From the IMG/VR virus record IMGVR_UViG_3300047550_002841, positions 869-64,868 of that record: 64,000 nt of DNA; one strand, 5' to 3'. Position numbers and translations under genes: made by a program. The notes under the pieces were generated by a model. The model did no database searches. It was not told where the DNA came from and was given only the letters and a program-made list of their open reading frames with translations. Source of the DNA: a virus (Duplodnaviria > Caudoviricetes). Positions 1 to 14,600 of this stretch are shown in pieces; within the stretch, counting starts at the first letter, position 1, and the number at the start of each line of letters is the position of its first letter.

Positions 1-840
1 GATGAGAACACCATGTAACTCGTTTAGCTCGTATCCGTTTTGAATCAGAATAACCAAACGACCTTGGGTAGGGTGAGACCGAGCGATATAGCCTATAAAG
101 ACCGTGTGATTGGGTTCAGCAGGAATTGTACTCGTATATGCCCCTGCTGTAGTTGCAGACAACCACACAGCATCACCTGCCGTAAATGCAGAGGTATCTA
201 AATCATGAAGAGTTCCATTTACCGCTACATAACCATCTGAGTTATTTGTAATATCAGCAACTACAATACCAATTGTTTTGGATGAAGTAGCTTCTGTGTG
301 TGCCTGAGATAAAAGAGCATTTGGTCTGTTTCCTGTAGCCCCACTGAGGTAAACTACTTGCCCTTTAGTTAAAGTAGAGCCAGTAGAGTTTCTTACAATA
401 ATTTCTATTCTTTCTGCAGAGTCTACCGTGCCGTCATTGTCCACATCATATGTGGATTTAAGCATATCTCCTCCACCACCACCGCCAGCAGGAGTTTGAT
501 TTTCCCACTGGCTAGTAGTAGAGTTGTATGTTAAAACTTGCCCATTTGCAGGGGCACTTAAAGTTACATCAGTTAAACCGTTTAGATTTGTAGGAGGCGT
601 ATACCCTAACGCAGTTGTGACATCAGCACTCGTTAATACGACTGCTCCAGTTCTGCCATTAAAAGAGTTTACTGAACTAGTACTAGTAGAACTAAGTAAA
701 AGTTTTACATTCTCAGCGATTCTTCTTAAACGCTGCTCTTTAACTTTATACTCGTTATTCTTAGTTTGATCGTAAAGTCTTTTATACTCAATTGCAGAAC
801 TAAGTATATTGGACGCTATGATTTCGGCCTCATTTGCCAT
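1..840 (-). CDS. Tail fibre / receptor-binding protein, N-terminal part (runs off window start)
   Basis: Not in ORF track. ATG at 840 reads MANEAEIIASN...; contains SVNSFNGRTGAVVLTSADVTTALGYTPP and GGGGGDMLKSTYD motifs typical of phage tail fibres; frame open to position 1. Confidence 0.75.
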   Translation of the reverse strand, partial: MANEAEIIASNILSSAIEYKRLYDQTKNNEYKVKEQRLRRIAENVKLLLSSTSTSSVNSFNGRTGAVVLTSADVTTALGYTPPTNLNGLTDVTLSAPANGQVLTYNSTTSQWENQTPAGGGGGGDMLKSTYDVDNDGTVDSAERIEIIVRNSTGSTLTKGQVVYLSGATGNRPNALLSQAHTEATSSKTIGIVVADITNNSDGYVAVNGTLHDLDTSAFTAGDAVWLSATTAGAYTSTIPAEPNHTVFIGYIARSHPTQGRLVILIQNGYELNELHGVLI

Positions 841-845
841 GCAAC

Positions 846-1433
846 TTATGCAATATCCTTAGACTCAATCAAAGTATAAGTAAATGAGTTTCCTTGGGCT
901 TTAGCAGCTGCCTTACAAATTTTCATGAACTCATCGAAATCTTTTACACGCTTGAACACTTGGCAACCATGTGACCAATGATCAATCCAAGTTGAGTCCA
1001 ACCCTGCCTTATGAATATTGATTCCGTATATCCCTTCAGTGATTTTGGTTTCGTCATAAGTCATGTCTTTGTTAGCATCACGATACACCTTGATGTTAGC
1101 TTTTTGTTTCAAAGCTTCGTACTTACCTTGGTGCAACCCTACATGGTGTGAGCCGGGGTATTGACCGGGAACAACACGTGCAGTACCTGTACCATTGTTA
1201 CCTTCAGCCATGGGTGCTTTACCGGGATCAGTTGTAGCCAACCAAATAAAAAACTTCCATGCTCCGTTTTCCTTGTACGATAAAGTCAACCAATCATCAA
1301 ACTTATTGGTTACCTCTTTGCCGGGTGCACTATTTCTAATGCCAATGATGTTTAGGTTCAAATCTCCGTTCTCGAAATATTTGTAACCTTTAGCTTTAAC
1401 AGCTTTTTCTACTTGTTCTCTAGTGAAGCTCAT
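846..1433 (-). CDS. Putative endolysin, L,D-transpeptidase (YkuD)-like Cys/His hydrolase
   Basis: GINIHKAG...WSHGCQV matches the YkuD His...SxGC catalytic arrangement; late-gene context. Confidence 0.7.
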   Translation of the reverse strand: MSFTREQVEKAVKAKGYKYFENGDLNLNIIGIRNSAPGKEVTNKFDDWLTLSYKENGAWKFFIWLATTDPGKAPMAEGNNGTGTARVVPGQYPGSHHVGLHQGKYEALKQKANIKVYRDANKDMTYDETKITEGIYGINIHKAGLDSTWIDHWSHGCQVFKRVKDFDEFMKICKAAAKAQGNSFTYTLIESKDIA

Positions 1434-1444
1434 ATGATTTTAAT

Positions 1445-2056
1445 TTAAGTTCCTGCTGGGTCTAAATAATCTGGTGTACCGTCACCATCGGTATCTTGTG
1501 GTATATTAGGATTGGGTCCTGCCTCCAATTGATCTGGTATGCCATCTCCATCTGCATCCCAATCTAAGTAGTTTGGAATAGTATCTCCATCTGCGTCACC
1601 AACCCCTTCAACTACGTCTGGGATTGTATCGCCATCTGTATCCTGCAATACTGGGCCTTCACCGCCACCGCCTCCACCTTCTCCCGGATCTATAATAACT
1701 TCACCTCCACCAGTTCCAATGTCGGGGTTTCCGTCACCATCTCCGTCTACTAAGTACTCCTGACCAGATAAACTATTAACAAATGCATAGTACTCAGCCA
1801 TGCTTACTGCAAAGTTAACTCCGCATACTCCAGCAGCCTTTGACAACAATATATCAACTTGGTCAGAAGTCAAATAACCTGCATGATCCACTGCAAACAA
1901 ATACTGTAACGCATGTTTCTGATCTTGCACTTTAGTAGAGCAAGGAATATCATACTGGGCAGCTGTTTGCAAAGCAGTCTCGCTCGTAGAAATAAACTTC
2001 CTGAGATAAATCTTAGCCTTAACTAAGTTCTGTATTTGAATTGAAGTTAATGCCAT
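1445..2056 (-). CDS. Virion protein with C-terminal thrombospondin type-3-like Ca-binding repeats
   Basis: Likely start MALTSIQ at 2056 (TAATG overlap with upstream stop); five DxDGDxxPD/N repeats around a Gly-rich linker. Confidence 0.65.
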   Translation of the reverse strand: MALTSIQIQNLVKAKIYLRKFISTSETALQTAAQYDIPCSTKVQDQKHALQYLFAVDHAGYLTSDQVDILLSKAAGVCGVNFAVSMAEYYAFVNSLSGQEYLVDGDGDGNPDIGTGGGEVIIDPGEGGGGGGEGPVLQDTDGDTIPDVVEGVGDADGDTIPNYLDWDADGDGIPDQLEAGPNPNIPQDTDGDGTPDYLDPAGT

Positions 2057-2592
2057 TAGCAACCACAGCTTGAAGACAACCCAGTATTGCCGCAACCAGC
2101 AACAAGATCATTAAATTCACCCAACAAGGTTTGAGCCAAAGTGTAGTTTTCATACTCTTCCGCTAATACCATCTTGTCATAGATAAACTTAAGTTCCTCA
2201 AAATCAGAATTGTTTTGAATGGCCAACTGAGCTAGAGTCGCTTTAGCCGCTTCATATCGCAAAAAGTAAAAGGTTTCAACAATATCTCCGGGATCAAACT
2301 CAATAACTACTTCGTATAAACCATCAGGCGTTGTGGGCAACTGAGTGAAAATGTCGACTTGTCTATATGCTGCAGTCCAAAAGGTTGAAGTGTAAAGACC
2401 AGTCAAGTTATCGTAAGTGGTTTGACCGGGTCTCTTTACCTTTTGCTGAGGAATAGATGTTATAGAGGCTCTTGTCGTATTCGGAGTACCCCAACCTTCA
2501 GGATTGGTCGTAGCGTTGTAATCACCTGTCACATCACACAACAGCATCGTGTACTGACCGTTTACAACATCAAGTTTAACATTAAGTGCCAT
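2056..2592 (-). CDS. Putative tail hub/structural protein
   Basis: 178 aa; DVTGDY...NPEGWG motif and Cys-rich C-terminus (SSSCGC); lies between ejection and tail-fibre genes. Confidence 0.5.
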   Translation of the reverse strand: MALNVKLDVVNGQYTMLLCDVTGDYNATTNPEGWGTPNTTRASITSIPQQKVKRPGQTTYDNLTGLYTSTFWTAAYRQVDIFTQLPTTPDGLYEVVIEFDPGDIVETFYFLRYEAAKATLAQLAIQNNSDFEELKFIYDKMVLAEEYENYTLAQTLLGEFNDLVAGCGNTGLSSSCGC

Positions 2593-2596
2593 ATTT

Positions 2597-2604
2597 CAAA
2601 ATTA
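2597..2604 (-). promoter_or_regulatory. TAnnTTTG promoter element for the tail/lysin genes
   Basis: TAATTTTG 4 nt before the ATG at 2592. Confidence 0.55.
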
Positions 2605-2627
2605 ATAATTATTTTTCATAAAACGTG

Positions 2628-5600
2628 CTACAAAGGAACATCCTCGTACCCACTTTCCGCAGGTATATTTTTTTGAGTCTTTACTGCAGGTTCTTTTGTA
2701 GTAGTTTTTGGTTTACCCAATGGAATATCCTCGTACTGCTGTTCGGTAACTCCCTTTCCACTTGCATCACCTTGCATCATGCTCTTACCTTCTAAATCAA
2801 ACTGTTTTACTAGATCAATTGCACCTGTAGCAAACTTTTTAAAGCGTTTTGGATCTTGAATCAATTCTTTATCTACTCTGAAGAATTTGTTACCAGCCGC
2901 ATTTTCTGCATCTGCAACATTCATAAAGCCACCAACATACTCATTCAAGTTATTAGTTGCCTGATCTTCTAGCTCTTGACCACCGTAAAGAGTTTGTGCC
3001 AATCCTCGAGTTGCTGTCAGCATCTCACTTTGAACCATTTGCATATATCTTTCTGGGTCATCCCTATACAACTTTTCTCTTTCTTTATCAATGAATGTAT
3101 AGTTCGCAAACAAAGTCATTTGATTAGAAATGTTGTAAATATCAGACATGATTCTCGCCATCAATTCAAACCCAAATGGAGTCTTAGGATTATTGATACC
3201 CATAATCATAGTGCCATCTTCTCTCCTATTATAAGAGGATTGCAAATCAATCATTTCCTTGTAGCGACCTTGGTCAATCAAGATATCTTGAACCATTTGT
3301 CTACGAAGCATAGCGTTATACTCAAGAATATTATTGTACTCGTCAGGAGTCATTTTGTATGAGCCACTAGGAGTACTAACTTTTCTCGGCAATGCTTGCG
3401 GCAGTGCATTCCACGCCTCCATTTTACAACACAAATAAGTCAATGCTTCCCAATCCGGGATTTCATAACCTGCATACGCTTTAGTCGCCTTGGTGATGTC
3501 GAAAGTATTATACATGAACTCTCCCAACACACTTCCTTTAGGAGTCTGCAAAATACGCTTACCAAAAGGATCTACTTTTACTGGCAGCAAATCACGATCA
3601 GATTCTATAAATGGCAAGTTGACATACTTAGTCGGATCACCAAATGGCCATCTTTCAGATAACTTAGTTGCTAGTTTAGTGAAGAACAATGTTGCCGATT
3701 CGTTCTCTACCGTAATACCGAATGCCTTAAATGGTTCTGAGTCCCTAGAATCGTAATCTACAGCATAACCACGTCTCCATTTATCAATCCAAGACAAACT
3801 GTTTGGTACAATAGCACTTGCCATAGTCAATGTAATGTCCGCAAAGAAGTTAGGCAACTTGTTTTCGTCTTCGTCACTGATTGCTTTTGCTACACTTAGT
3901 ACCCCACGTACAAATGTTTGATCGATAATGTATTTGTACGCAGACTCATAGTTGCCAAACAGACTTGATGCAAACTCCTCGGAGATTTCTTCAAATGCCC
4001 CACGGTTTACAAACTTAGGGTCAGTTTGCATTCTGTGTTTGTTTTCTTTGTACTGGAAATACAACGCTGCACCTATAACACCAAAGCCTCTGTAGTCCGT
4101 AATAAGATCGTTTTCCCTATCCCATGCTTTACTTAAACGTGGGGATTTATATGGTTCTCCGATACCTAGTTCAGAAAGTCTTTCCTTCATGTGCTCTTTA
4201 ACTAGAGTCCAGTTGATTGAATAGGGTCTTTCAAACTGATAAGTGAAGTCAGCTGATTTGGTTTTATCATCTTCCTTTTCATCCTGAGGACCCCCAGACA
4301 AAGCACCTGCTTTCACAAATTCCAAAGCGATAAACTGCAAACCTGCTCCAACCATCGCCCGAGCCATTACACGATCCATGTTCCTAGCCTCTGTGCGTCT
4401 TTCATTTGCAAACGCTTCTTGAGTAGTACTGCCACTCTTTAACTTTTGACCACGGTCATAAGCTTTCTTACCTGCGTTCGCCACCTTGAACAATGCATAC
4501 TCGGGGACCAGAAACTCTGCTAATTCTACAGCGTAGTTACTAGGAATCTTTGTGAATGGAACAGTACTGGTTCCAAACAATCTTGCAATTTTACCTGTGA
4601 AACTACCTATTGAGCCGTCCGGTCCAAAATTACGTGTGCCCCTTTGCATACGTGCGAACTGTTCAGTTACCCAGTTATCGTTAGCATAAACGAATCTAAG
4701 TGCTTCTTCACTTGCTACAGGGTTTCCATAGTCTCGGTTAATTTCCAGAAAGGCTTTTCTCAGATCATTGTATTCTTTAATCAACCTTTTCTTTTCAGCT
4801 TTATCTGTAGTAGAATCAATCCGTTTTTCAAGTTGAATCGCTTGAACACTCTGTTTGAAATCTTCAGATACAGAAGTCATATAAGCAAAATCACGGAACA
4901 CCGCATCTGTTGCTGACATCACCCTAAAAATGATATCTGGAATAATACCAAAGGTGGCTTCCAATGCTCTCACGCTTTTTTGTTTGTCTGGAATCTTACC
5001 AAGTGCATTTATTCTGAAACCATGCTTGTAAGCCAATTCCTCGTCTGTCATAGATGAGATACCTGCCGCACGTTTCATTTGGTCTAGCTTTAAGCCAAAG
5101 TATGAACTAAATGCTTTGAACGAATTAAAGCCTTGTGCATAGTTGTTTGTATCTGCCAATCCTTGACTTACCGTGCCATCCTTTAGGATTTTCATTCCCT
5201 TCTTTACTCCCATTGGCATGCCATACTTAATACCTCGTACGATATCAGCCCATGTCACTTTGGTGTACTGCTTGTCAACTAAACCAGTTTTTGCTCCAAC
5301 ATAACTTACCATTGTTCTCAAAGGATCAGTAAAGAACCCTACAAACAACTTCACCACGTTACTTGTAGTGTTTACAGCTAACGACCCGGGAGTCATCAAC
5401 CCTCCTTTAATAAAGCTGCGGAACGCATCAGTTCTAGATTCAGATCCCTCGTATGGAGCACGTGCTGCAATGTATTTTTCTGTAGCCACATTCAACTTTT
5501 CATATAAGTCTTTGTGGTATTCCAAATTTGTCTTGGTTGGATCTGCGGCAGATTCTGCATAAGGATTTGCCATAGCCTGTTCACGACTCGCTTTGAACAA

Positions 5601-8600
5601 CTCTTTTAGTCTGTCTACCTCACGTGCCAAATCCATCATCTCTTCTTTCGCTTTTTCTGGAATTGACTCGCCTTTCTTCAACAACTTAGCAATCATAGCT
5701 TCAGTGCTAGTTGTATAGGTATCCTGAGTTAACTGACGGAACAATCTCAGCATTCTACCAACCTGTGTACCAGCTTTAAGAATAGATGCATACTGCTGAC
5801 GAATACTTGCTGGGTCTGCTCCGCTATGTTTTGCCTGAAGCAACAACTCTATTTCCTTTGCTAATAATACATCTCCAGATTCCAGTACATCAGATAAAGT
5901 TTTTAGCAGCATTGGGTATTCAGTAGGATCTATGTTTTCCATAGCATCCAAAAGTTCTTTCTTATCTCTGACTACCCTCATTGCATCTTCTTCATTCTCC
6001 ATCACAGTTGCTTCATCTTCAAAGAGACCCTTACCAGCTTTTTGTTTTTCAATATTTGCCCTTTGCTTCAAAGAGAAATAATCTTTAATGTCATCTGGCT
6101 CAAATCCACTCTTCATCAAAGCAGTATACAATTCCTCATCTGTGATACCTTTGAACTGAGGATTAGCTTTTAGATCCGCAAGGAAGTTTCCAATGTCATC
6201 AATAACATCACTATTTTTCTGCTGTTTTACATCGGCTACGGTGGTTCCATTCAACATAGCGTTGTAAATCTTACGCATTGGTTCACTTACTTGCATTTCG
6301 ATAGGCGTACCTACAATGCCACCATAGATTCTGAGAAGCCATGACTTAAAGTTTTCAAACGCTGATTTTACTACTGGGTTGTCAATCTTGCCATCCCCTA
6401 AGAATTTCTCAAAGCCTCTTGCAAACAACTCAGACGTATCTCTATTCCACTTCTTGTGACCTACTTGGTCCATAAATACTTGCTTTTCATGGGCAGTCAA
6501 ATAGTGCTCAAACATATGAGCCAACTCATGCATAGCAGTAGTTATGTTTGGATTAGTCAAGGCGAATATTAAATTTTTACCTGACTCAGTTTTCAAGAAT
6601 GCTCCATGTGCACCAGCCTTGTTTTGTTGGAACAATGCTTGACCTTCTGCGGCTTTTAATAACGTATCTTGAGATAGTTCAATAGAATTAAATTCTGCGT
6701 TAGGCAAATAATCTGGACCTACGTATTCACGCAAATAGGTCATCATCTCCTCTGAAGTCATGTCTTTCAATGCGATTTTTTTGCCTTTGAAATCAACTTC
6801 TTGATCTAAATCTATTCCTTGAAGATTTGGTATATCTCCAGATACTTGAGATGTTCCAATTGTAAATCCAAGTTTCTTTTGCAGATTTTTTAGCCTTGAT
6901 GGAATTTTCTCGTTGTATGTTTTATTAATGCCTGCTCTAGTACTAGCTTCAGATTGGTTCAATGGTGCTACAGCTGGGCCTATACGACTTCCTCCAGTAA
7001 AAATAATTTTATTTAATCCGCTGTCGCTTGCAACTTTGATTGCTTGCTTAATAAGCATATCCATAAAATTATCTGTCTGAATTAGTGGCGTATCTTTTTT
7101 AATCGCTCTAACCCTTTTATCCAATGCGGCTGTTTCATCAAATTTCTTAAATGCCTCCAAATTTTCATTACGCAATGTTGCCGCATACTGAGATGTTAAC
7201 TCAATGAGTTGATCAATGTCAAGCGGTGACCATTGAGTAGGCTTGCCATACCCAGAAGTATCAACCTGTCTTCCTGTAGCTTTTTCAATTTTATCCTTGT
7301 TATTATTTAAAAATTTACTCAGCTCAACTGCAAATCCTTGCGAATAGAAACTAGTGTTCTTGAAATTAAATAAATCCTTGAAAATAAACTCTGCAAACAG
7401 TTCGTTTTTAACTTTTTTAACTTGCTCTTGGCGTGCTTGCGACTTATCTGATTGCATTTCGTGAACAAACAATGCCAAGTTACCGTCACTATCAACTACG
7501 ATCTCAGTTCTCAAGTGACCAATTACCTCTAGAGGATTGCCAGAAAAATGCTTTGAGTTATATAGTTCTTTTCCTATGTCATCTCGTTTCTGTCTTGCCT
7601 GCTGTAGTTTGTCTTGCAGTATTGCAATCTGACCTCTATTTTTCGCTACATCTTCTGGGGTCTTTGCCAGATTATTTAATTCCTCTAGATAGTTTAGAAC
7701 CCTGTTGTTATATTCTTTATACAATGGGTTTTGAGTAACTGGAGTTGAAATTAAGTGCTCTTTATAAGTATTAGGTACTGCCCCAGAGCCTAAATCTGGC
7801 TTGAATGATTCATAGTTGTCAAACAAATTCATTACACCATCTAAACCAGTAGCTCCACGATATCTTTTAAGACGCAATAACTCATCTTCAGCGTTCATAT
7901 ATGTTTTAATATATGATTGCAAAAGCTCTTTGGTAGATGCATCTGTATCAATACTCTCTTTTATTTTTTCTATGTTACCTATGATATCAGCAAATTTTTG
8001 ATACTCATTAGTACCAATGTAGTTTTTAAACACTGCTAGATTATCAATAGTAATATCTTCTAAATTAATTACTCGAACTCTACCATCAGCAAAACGCACT
8101 ACAGCATTTGGACTTCCAGTAGTTCCACCATAATAATTTAAACTATCAAATCTATTTGAGTTTAGCGTAAAGGGTATGTTGGTGCCAAAAGCTGTCAATG
8201 CTCCCTGCTCTATTTCTGGGCTCGCTGATAATAAAACTACTGACTCTACAGTTGAAGTTTGGACTTCGTCAGCAGGGTTATACGAAATAACTGCCCTATG
8301 ACTATCTTCTAGCCAGTCTATTAACTGCTCCTTAGTGATGAATATTTCATTTGGGTTAAGTGCAGGGTTTTGACTTTGAGCATCAATTCTTACATTATCA
8401 ATAAATTCAGATAACCCCAGCCAATCTAGTTCGCCATCCTTTGCCCCCATGGTCTTCAACATGGATCGCAAATCTTTACTTGGATATCTCTTCGCTGATG
8501 TAACCAACCTAGCAACTGCTAAATCGACATTGTTATAAAACGATGTGCCATAGTTATCGAGTATTGATTTCTGAACTGTATTGAATTCAATCAATTCTTT

Positions 8601-11600
8601 TGTCTGCTCTTTGTTTAATTGACCTGTTGTTTCCAAAAAGTTAGATGCTACTGAACCTGTAAAAGTTCCAGTAGATTCGTACTCACCGTAAACTTCGTTA
8701 AATCTATTTTGAGAAATCAAACCGCCATCTACAAGTATTGACTTCAGTTCCTGTTTCGTGAAGTCTTTAATTGATTTAAATGGATCATAAATTCCATCCA
8801 TGTACTTGTCTATGCCCGGGAACATCTGATAATATACTTCCCTCGATTCTATTGCTGTAGTTGGTTCCGCTGCCCCATTCAAACTGCTTGAATTCAGCTT
8901 ACTATTTATTAGTGAAGACGCATCAAATAGCTGATCAGATAACTCTAGCATTTGGTCTAATAGTCTTCGACCATTAAAGCCAAACTGATCATTCACTAAA
9001 TAATCCGATCCTATTGAATTACCGTAATCATCATAACGATCAATAGCGTATTCATTACCTAAATTGTCGATGAACTCATACAAATCTTTACCTTCTCTAC
9101 TTCCTATATAACTTGCTATGTCATATACTGTTTTAGGATTTATTTTACCTTTTTTTATTTCCTCTTGCAATATAGCCAAAGACTCTCTCATCACTTGAGC
9201 TTGACCACTAACGTTATACCTAGCAAAATCAGGATGATTAATCAGCTTTTCTAAACTAGATAATAAAAATGGTATTTCACCTACAAAAGATCCATTCGGG
9301 AATATTTCATTAATTGTAAGTACATTTTCAGACTCCAAAGTGTAGTCTAATCGATTAGCAAAGGTTGAAGTAAAGTCGAAGTCTATTAACTTCTTGTCAG
9401 TCAAACTTCCCAACTTCATCGCAAAGTTAAAAGTATTGTTATACGCTTTACCTTCTGACTTTGTCTTAGCCACATAATCCATATATATACTTTTCAAAGT
9501 ATTTATATCGCTATCGCTAAGTGAATAAGATGCTCCTAGTTTCTCAAAGTGGTCATCTAGATTTTTATTGATTGGTGTTTTATATAAAATCTGTGCGATG
9601 TCTAAAAACAAACTCTGATAGCTACCGAACTGAAATACGCCTTTATCAATGTAAAAATTAAGAACTGAGTTCATGAAGTCAGTGGCATCCTTATCTAGAA
9701 CGTTAGCTTTTGTCGCCTCCATGATTTTAGCTCTGATCGTTGTGGGAGTCACAAAATCATTGATTGCACGTGGGTCATATTGTCCCTCCATGTGCTGAAC
9801 CGCTTGACGAATCGCATTCTCTAAACCTAGTTTATTCTTTCCTACCGCGTCTTGATTCAAATTAATTATAATGCTACCGGGAACACCCTGACTTTTGCCT
9901 TTGCCTGTATATAATTCATTTGGTCTAAATGAAAATGCCGCACTAGTATTGTCCATAACAAAACGGACTTTTACTTGAGTTAAATCTGGATACTCGGCTA
10001 AGAGTTCAGGACTTCCACCTAAAAACTCAGCCAAGCCCATCATAGTTTTCCGTGCACCTAACTGCTGATTTCTATCGACTTTACTAAAACTGAATCTGCC
10101 AAGGATTTTACCTACATTGGTTTTCTGTGCCAATGGATTAACAAACTCATTCTTTATAGCCTCTAAATCATTTAAAAATCCAAGAGGGTATTCAACATTA
10201 ATATTGTTCTGTGTAATAGTAGCTTCACCGTCTTCTCCGATAGTCAAACCAGTCATCACTTCAATTTGACGATCTGTAAATCCTTTGCTCTTTAAATCAT
10301 TAGCCTTTTCTATATTGGCAACCAAAAACTCGGGTGAGTAATTGGCAGACATTTGATACAACGGATTCAGCTTTGGTGTCATCTTCAAGAAATCCAAAAA
10401 CTGATCCTCTGTACGTTTAAGTACTCCGATTTGAGTCTCCATGAATGTTTGAAGAGTCATTTCAGCACGTGTAGCTGCTTCCTCTACTGCTGCGAGATAT
10501 CCTTCAATATATGCTTTTCTTTCCTTACGTGATCTACGTGCTCTAAATGGAGTTTTTAAACTTGGTCTGAAACCCCAAACTAAGCCTGCTTCTTGAAACA
10601 AATGTTTTCTGTAACGCTCTCTTGCTCGATCGTTCTGTTTGATAAGTTCTACTCCCTGCTCATACTTAGCTACATCCACCATATTTGCAACTTCAGCTTT
10701 TGCCATATCATTAATCTGCTGCTGAGTTGTACCTTGTGGAATATCTTTTCCCATGTTCTGTAAGAACTCGATTGCCGATATCTCTCCGTTGTTAAACCTA
10801 ATTGCATCTACTTGATCATCGGTTACAAACGCACCTTCTTTTTGTGTAGATTTCAGTACGCCTTTGATTGTTAATCGCCTTTGTTTATCTTTCTCTAAAT
10901 CCAACACCTGTTTCTTCAAATCAGACTTTCGGTTTTTAGCAGTCTGAGTAGACATAACCGTACCGTTTAAGAACTTTTCAGTTGTACCAAAAGTTGATGC
11001 TCCAGTGTATTTAACCGCAATAAAGTTGTTCAAGTCTTCTCTAAGCTTTACAAATGCATCTAAGCCAGCTTTATCATTACCTAAAACCTCTTTGACTTTA
11101 CTTCTACTGTTGATTAACAACATCCCAATAAAGTTATCAATTGCATCTTCTTTAGTGATTCGCCCATCGTTAATCATGTCTCCAAAAACCTCATTGAAGA
11201 AATTGTTGCGACTAACTGATTCTCGAACTTTATCAGTAACAGCATCTTTCTTACGAGTACGTATTGGCTGATCTGTGTTCAAGTCTTGATCTTCCGTATT
11301 GAATAGAGTGTCATCAAACTCTTTGAGCAAAGGAGCAATATAACTAGCTACCTTATTCAGTTTAGTTCGTGATGAACTAGCGATGTACGCAACTCCATCC
11401 TTAACAAAAGAAGTCATGTTTAACTTCAATTTGTTTCCTACCTTCCGACTAATATCGTTAAGATAAGTACGTACTGCATCATCATTTACATCTGCCTCTT
11501 TGGCCGTGTTTGTAAACAAACCTAAAATCTGCGATGCTGCCATATTGAATTGGCTTGCGTACCTAGTCTTTGTACTAGCAGCCGCCTTATCAATACGCTC

Positions 11601-14600
11601 CTTCTTGCTTCTTCCAGTACTCGTGTTGTTCTGAAATAAGACTTGGTCCTTGTCTACTTGACCAGTTGCTTCAGCTTCTGGATCAATACCAAGATTTGCT
11701 TTTGCAACATTTTCAACATTTGCTTTTGAAACGATTCCATATTCTTTTGATTGTTTGTCGATGAATTCGGCAGTTTTGTCGTTAACTTCTACAAATTCGT
11801 CTGTAACTGAAGTTAAACCTTTTGCCTCTAGTTTTGTAGTTTCTGGGTTGTAACGGTAAACCACTTTATTATCTACCACTCCGTTTTTAGAGGATACATA
11901 AAACTCTTCTCCCAAATTACCTGCACGCTGCTCTACTTTTACTCCTTCTGTTCCAACACCGCTACTAGCAGAACTTGAAGTCGTAGTACTTGTATTGTCG
12001 TCTACTGGACCTGATGTCATCACTGGGTTAAATGCAAATGACGGTGCATTAGTTGCATTCGGAACCCCTGCCATAGCCATTGCCGGAGCAGTCACTACTT
12101 CAGGTTTTGTAGTATTGTTTTCGTCATAGTCAGAGTTCTTTATTGTCTGATCCAACAATTTGAGAATTTCCACATCTACCGCATCAACATCTTCTCCATA
12201 AACTCTGTCTAAGTAATCTTGAAAGTTTTGCCGAGTCTTAAATAGTACACCTAAGTTTTCTAAATTCAAAGATGAAAAACTCATACACATCAAGGCAGTA
12301 GCTCTTAGATTAAATAATCTTTCATCCTCTGTCTTACCGTATGCATTCTCAGTAGCTGCTACAATATCAAAACCATTTGCTTTGAACTCAGACCAAATAT
12401 TTGAAAAAGTCTCTTCAGTCATTGAAGCTGTGGCACCAGAAAAAGATCGACCCATTATAGTAGCCATCTTACCAATTAAGTTAGTTGGAATAAATCTACC
12501 TAGGTTCATTACTCCAGTTGCTTTATCGTACATCTGACTACCCACTTTTTCAGCAACTCCCATACCTCCATCTTGTCCTGCTAATTCATAAGCCATAAAG
12601 TCAACTCCATAATTGACTGCTGCTTTTTCAAATAGTGTAAATACCCCTACTCCGGTGCGGCCATATTTATTAGCCATGTAACTTCTTGCAGCTACTGCGG
12701 CTTCTCCTGTAAATAATGCCTTTGTGCTATTGGCTACAGGCTTACGCATTAATCCAATCTGAAGCGCCATCCCTAAAGAAGTAAGAAACCCTTTGCCAAG
12801 CTGTGAATCTTCATTCAGAGTTTTTAAAGATTCGACAACATCAGGATTAACATACATTCCTTGCTCTGTCAAGAAGTTAGCTACCGTTAATACTTCTTCG
12901 GCAGGTGTCTGAAACTCTTCCTGCTCTACTAAATTAACAGTATTTGTAACTACAGTACTCAGCATGTTATTAACAATGCCATCTGCTTTTACTTTGGTTA
13001 AATCTGCATTTGTATAAATTACTCTGTTCAAGGCTTTGATTTGTGCCTTCTTCTCAAGAATGCGAGAGTTTAGTTTATAAAGATATATTGCGTTTGCTTT
13101 CTGTTGGTCGCTTATAACTGTGGTAGCTTCAAAAGATGAAAATGGTACGGCAATAGCATATAACTTCTGCAAGAAATTACCATTCTCTGCAACTAAAGTT
13201 TTGTACTCCGCATCTAGTTCTTCTGCGTTATAGTTCTCAGGCAAAACGACTTTCTTAGTCTGCATGTCCTTGAACCTTTGACTCATATAGTCCAACTGCT
13301 CATACAATACGTTTCGCTTTTCTTTGAGAATTGCTGCATCGGTTTTTTGTTCTGCCTGAGCTGTCTGTGTATAAACCTTAACAACCTTTTGCTGTTCTCT
13401 TCCCTCTAAACGATTTCCAAACGCATCGAAGAATTCTTCTTTCGGCAATGCATTCACGCCAAAAAATCCAACTTCTTGTTTTCGTTGACTGATCTGAGCT
13501 TTGAGTGATTGCAACTGTTTGAGTTTGTCTGCAGGAAGTTTTACTTGGTTTTTACCTTTAACTTTGACCCCAGACTTATAAATTTCTTGCACTTGTTCGT
13601 ACAAGGCAGCGATTTCTCTTTCTTCTTTTGTTAATTCTGCTTGTGCTCTATTTTCTTTTATTTGATCATAGTTGGATATCAACTGACCTTTTTCATTCTT
13701 GATAAAGCCTGCTTTCTTACGTTTATCTTGGTAGGTTTTGTCTACCATGTTGTTCAGATACTTTGACTTATACTCTTCAAGAATCTCTGATACTTCAAAA
13801 TCATCTAGGTTGTTTCTTCGTAGAATATTTTCAAACTCGTCACGATCTAACTTTTTAAATGAACCTCGATAATTAGGATCTTGATAATCAAATGAAATAT
13901 TATTACCTAACTCAGCTTCAAAAAGCATCTTACCGATTTGTTCTTCATTCAACGCTGGAACAGAAGATGAACGATCATTTTCATCAAATACTGTTGCAGC
14001 CTTATTCAAGAACTCGGTGCCCATGTCTTTTTCAGCATTTGACCTCCGAATCTCTTTCTGATCTTCGTATCTTGCTATGTCAATGCCAAGTTTACCCTTT
14101 TCATAATAACTGCCTGCAAACAAATCTTGTGCACTTGTAAAGCCTAGTTCATTCAGCTTTTTCTTGTGAACTCGGCCATAAGAATCTCTGTTGATCGGAT
14201 CTTTCAAGTATTCGTAAAAATCAGCCGCATTATCAATTGGTTGGCCATACGCATCAACATTTAAGTTGTTTTCACGAAGCGTGTTAAAGTTTCTGTCAGC
14301 TGCAATTCTCTTCTGCACTGACCCAAACTTTTCAGCTACTGGATCAGGAGCAAATTGGTCTAAACTTGTACTGTATCTCGGTGCGTTTGCTGCTAGAAAA
14401 GGTTTATTAAATCTAGGATCATATACACTTACTGCATCTTGGTTAGTATATACACTTTTTTCGTATTGAGTAAGACCGCCTTGAAGTTTATCTGTAAGTT
14501 CTTTCGCACTTGCAATTTTAAAGTATTGAGCTAATTGACCTCGATTAGCCAGAAAAAATTGATCTAGATTATATGGGTCCTGCAAGGCTTGACCTAACTC

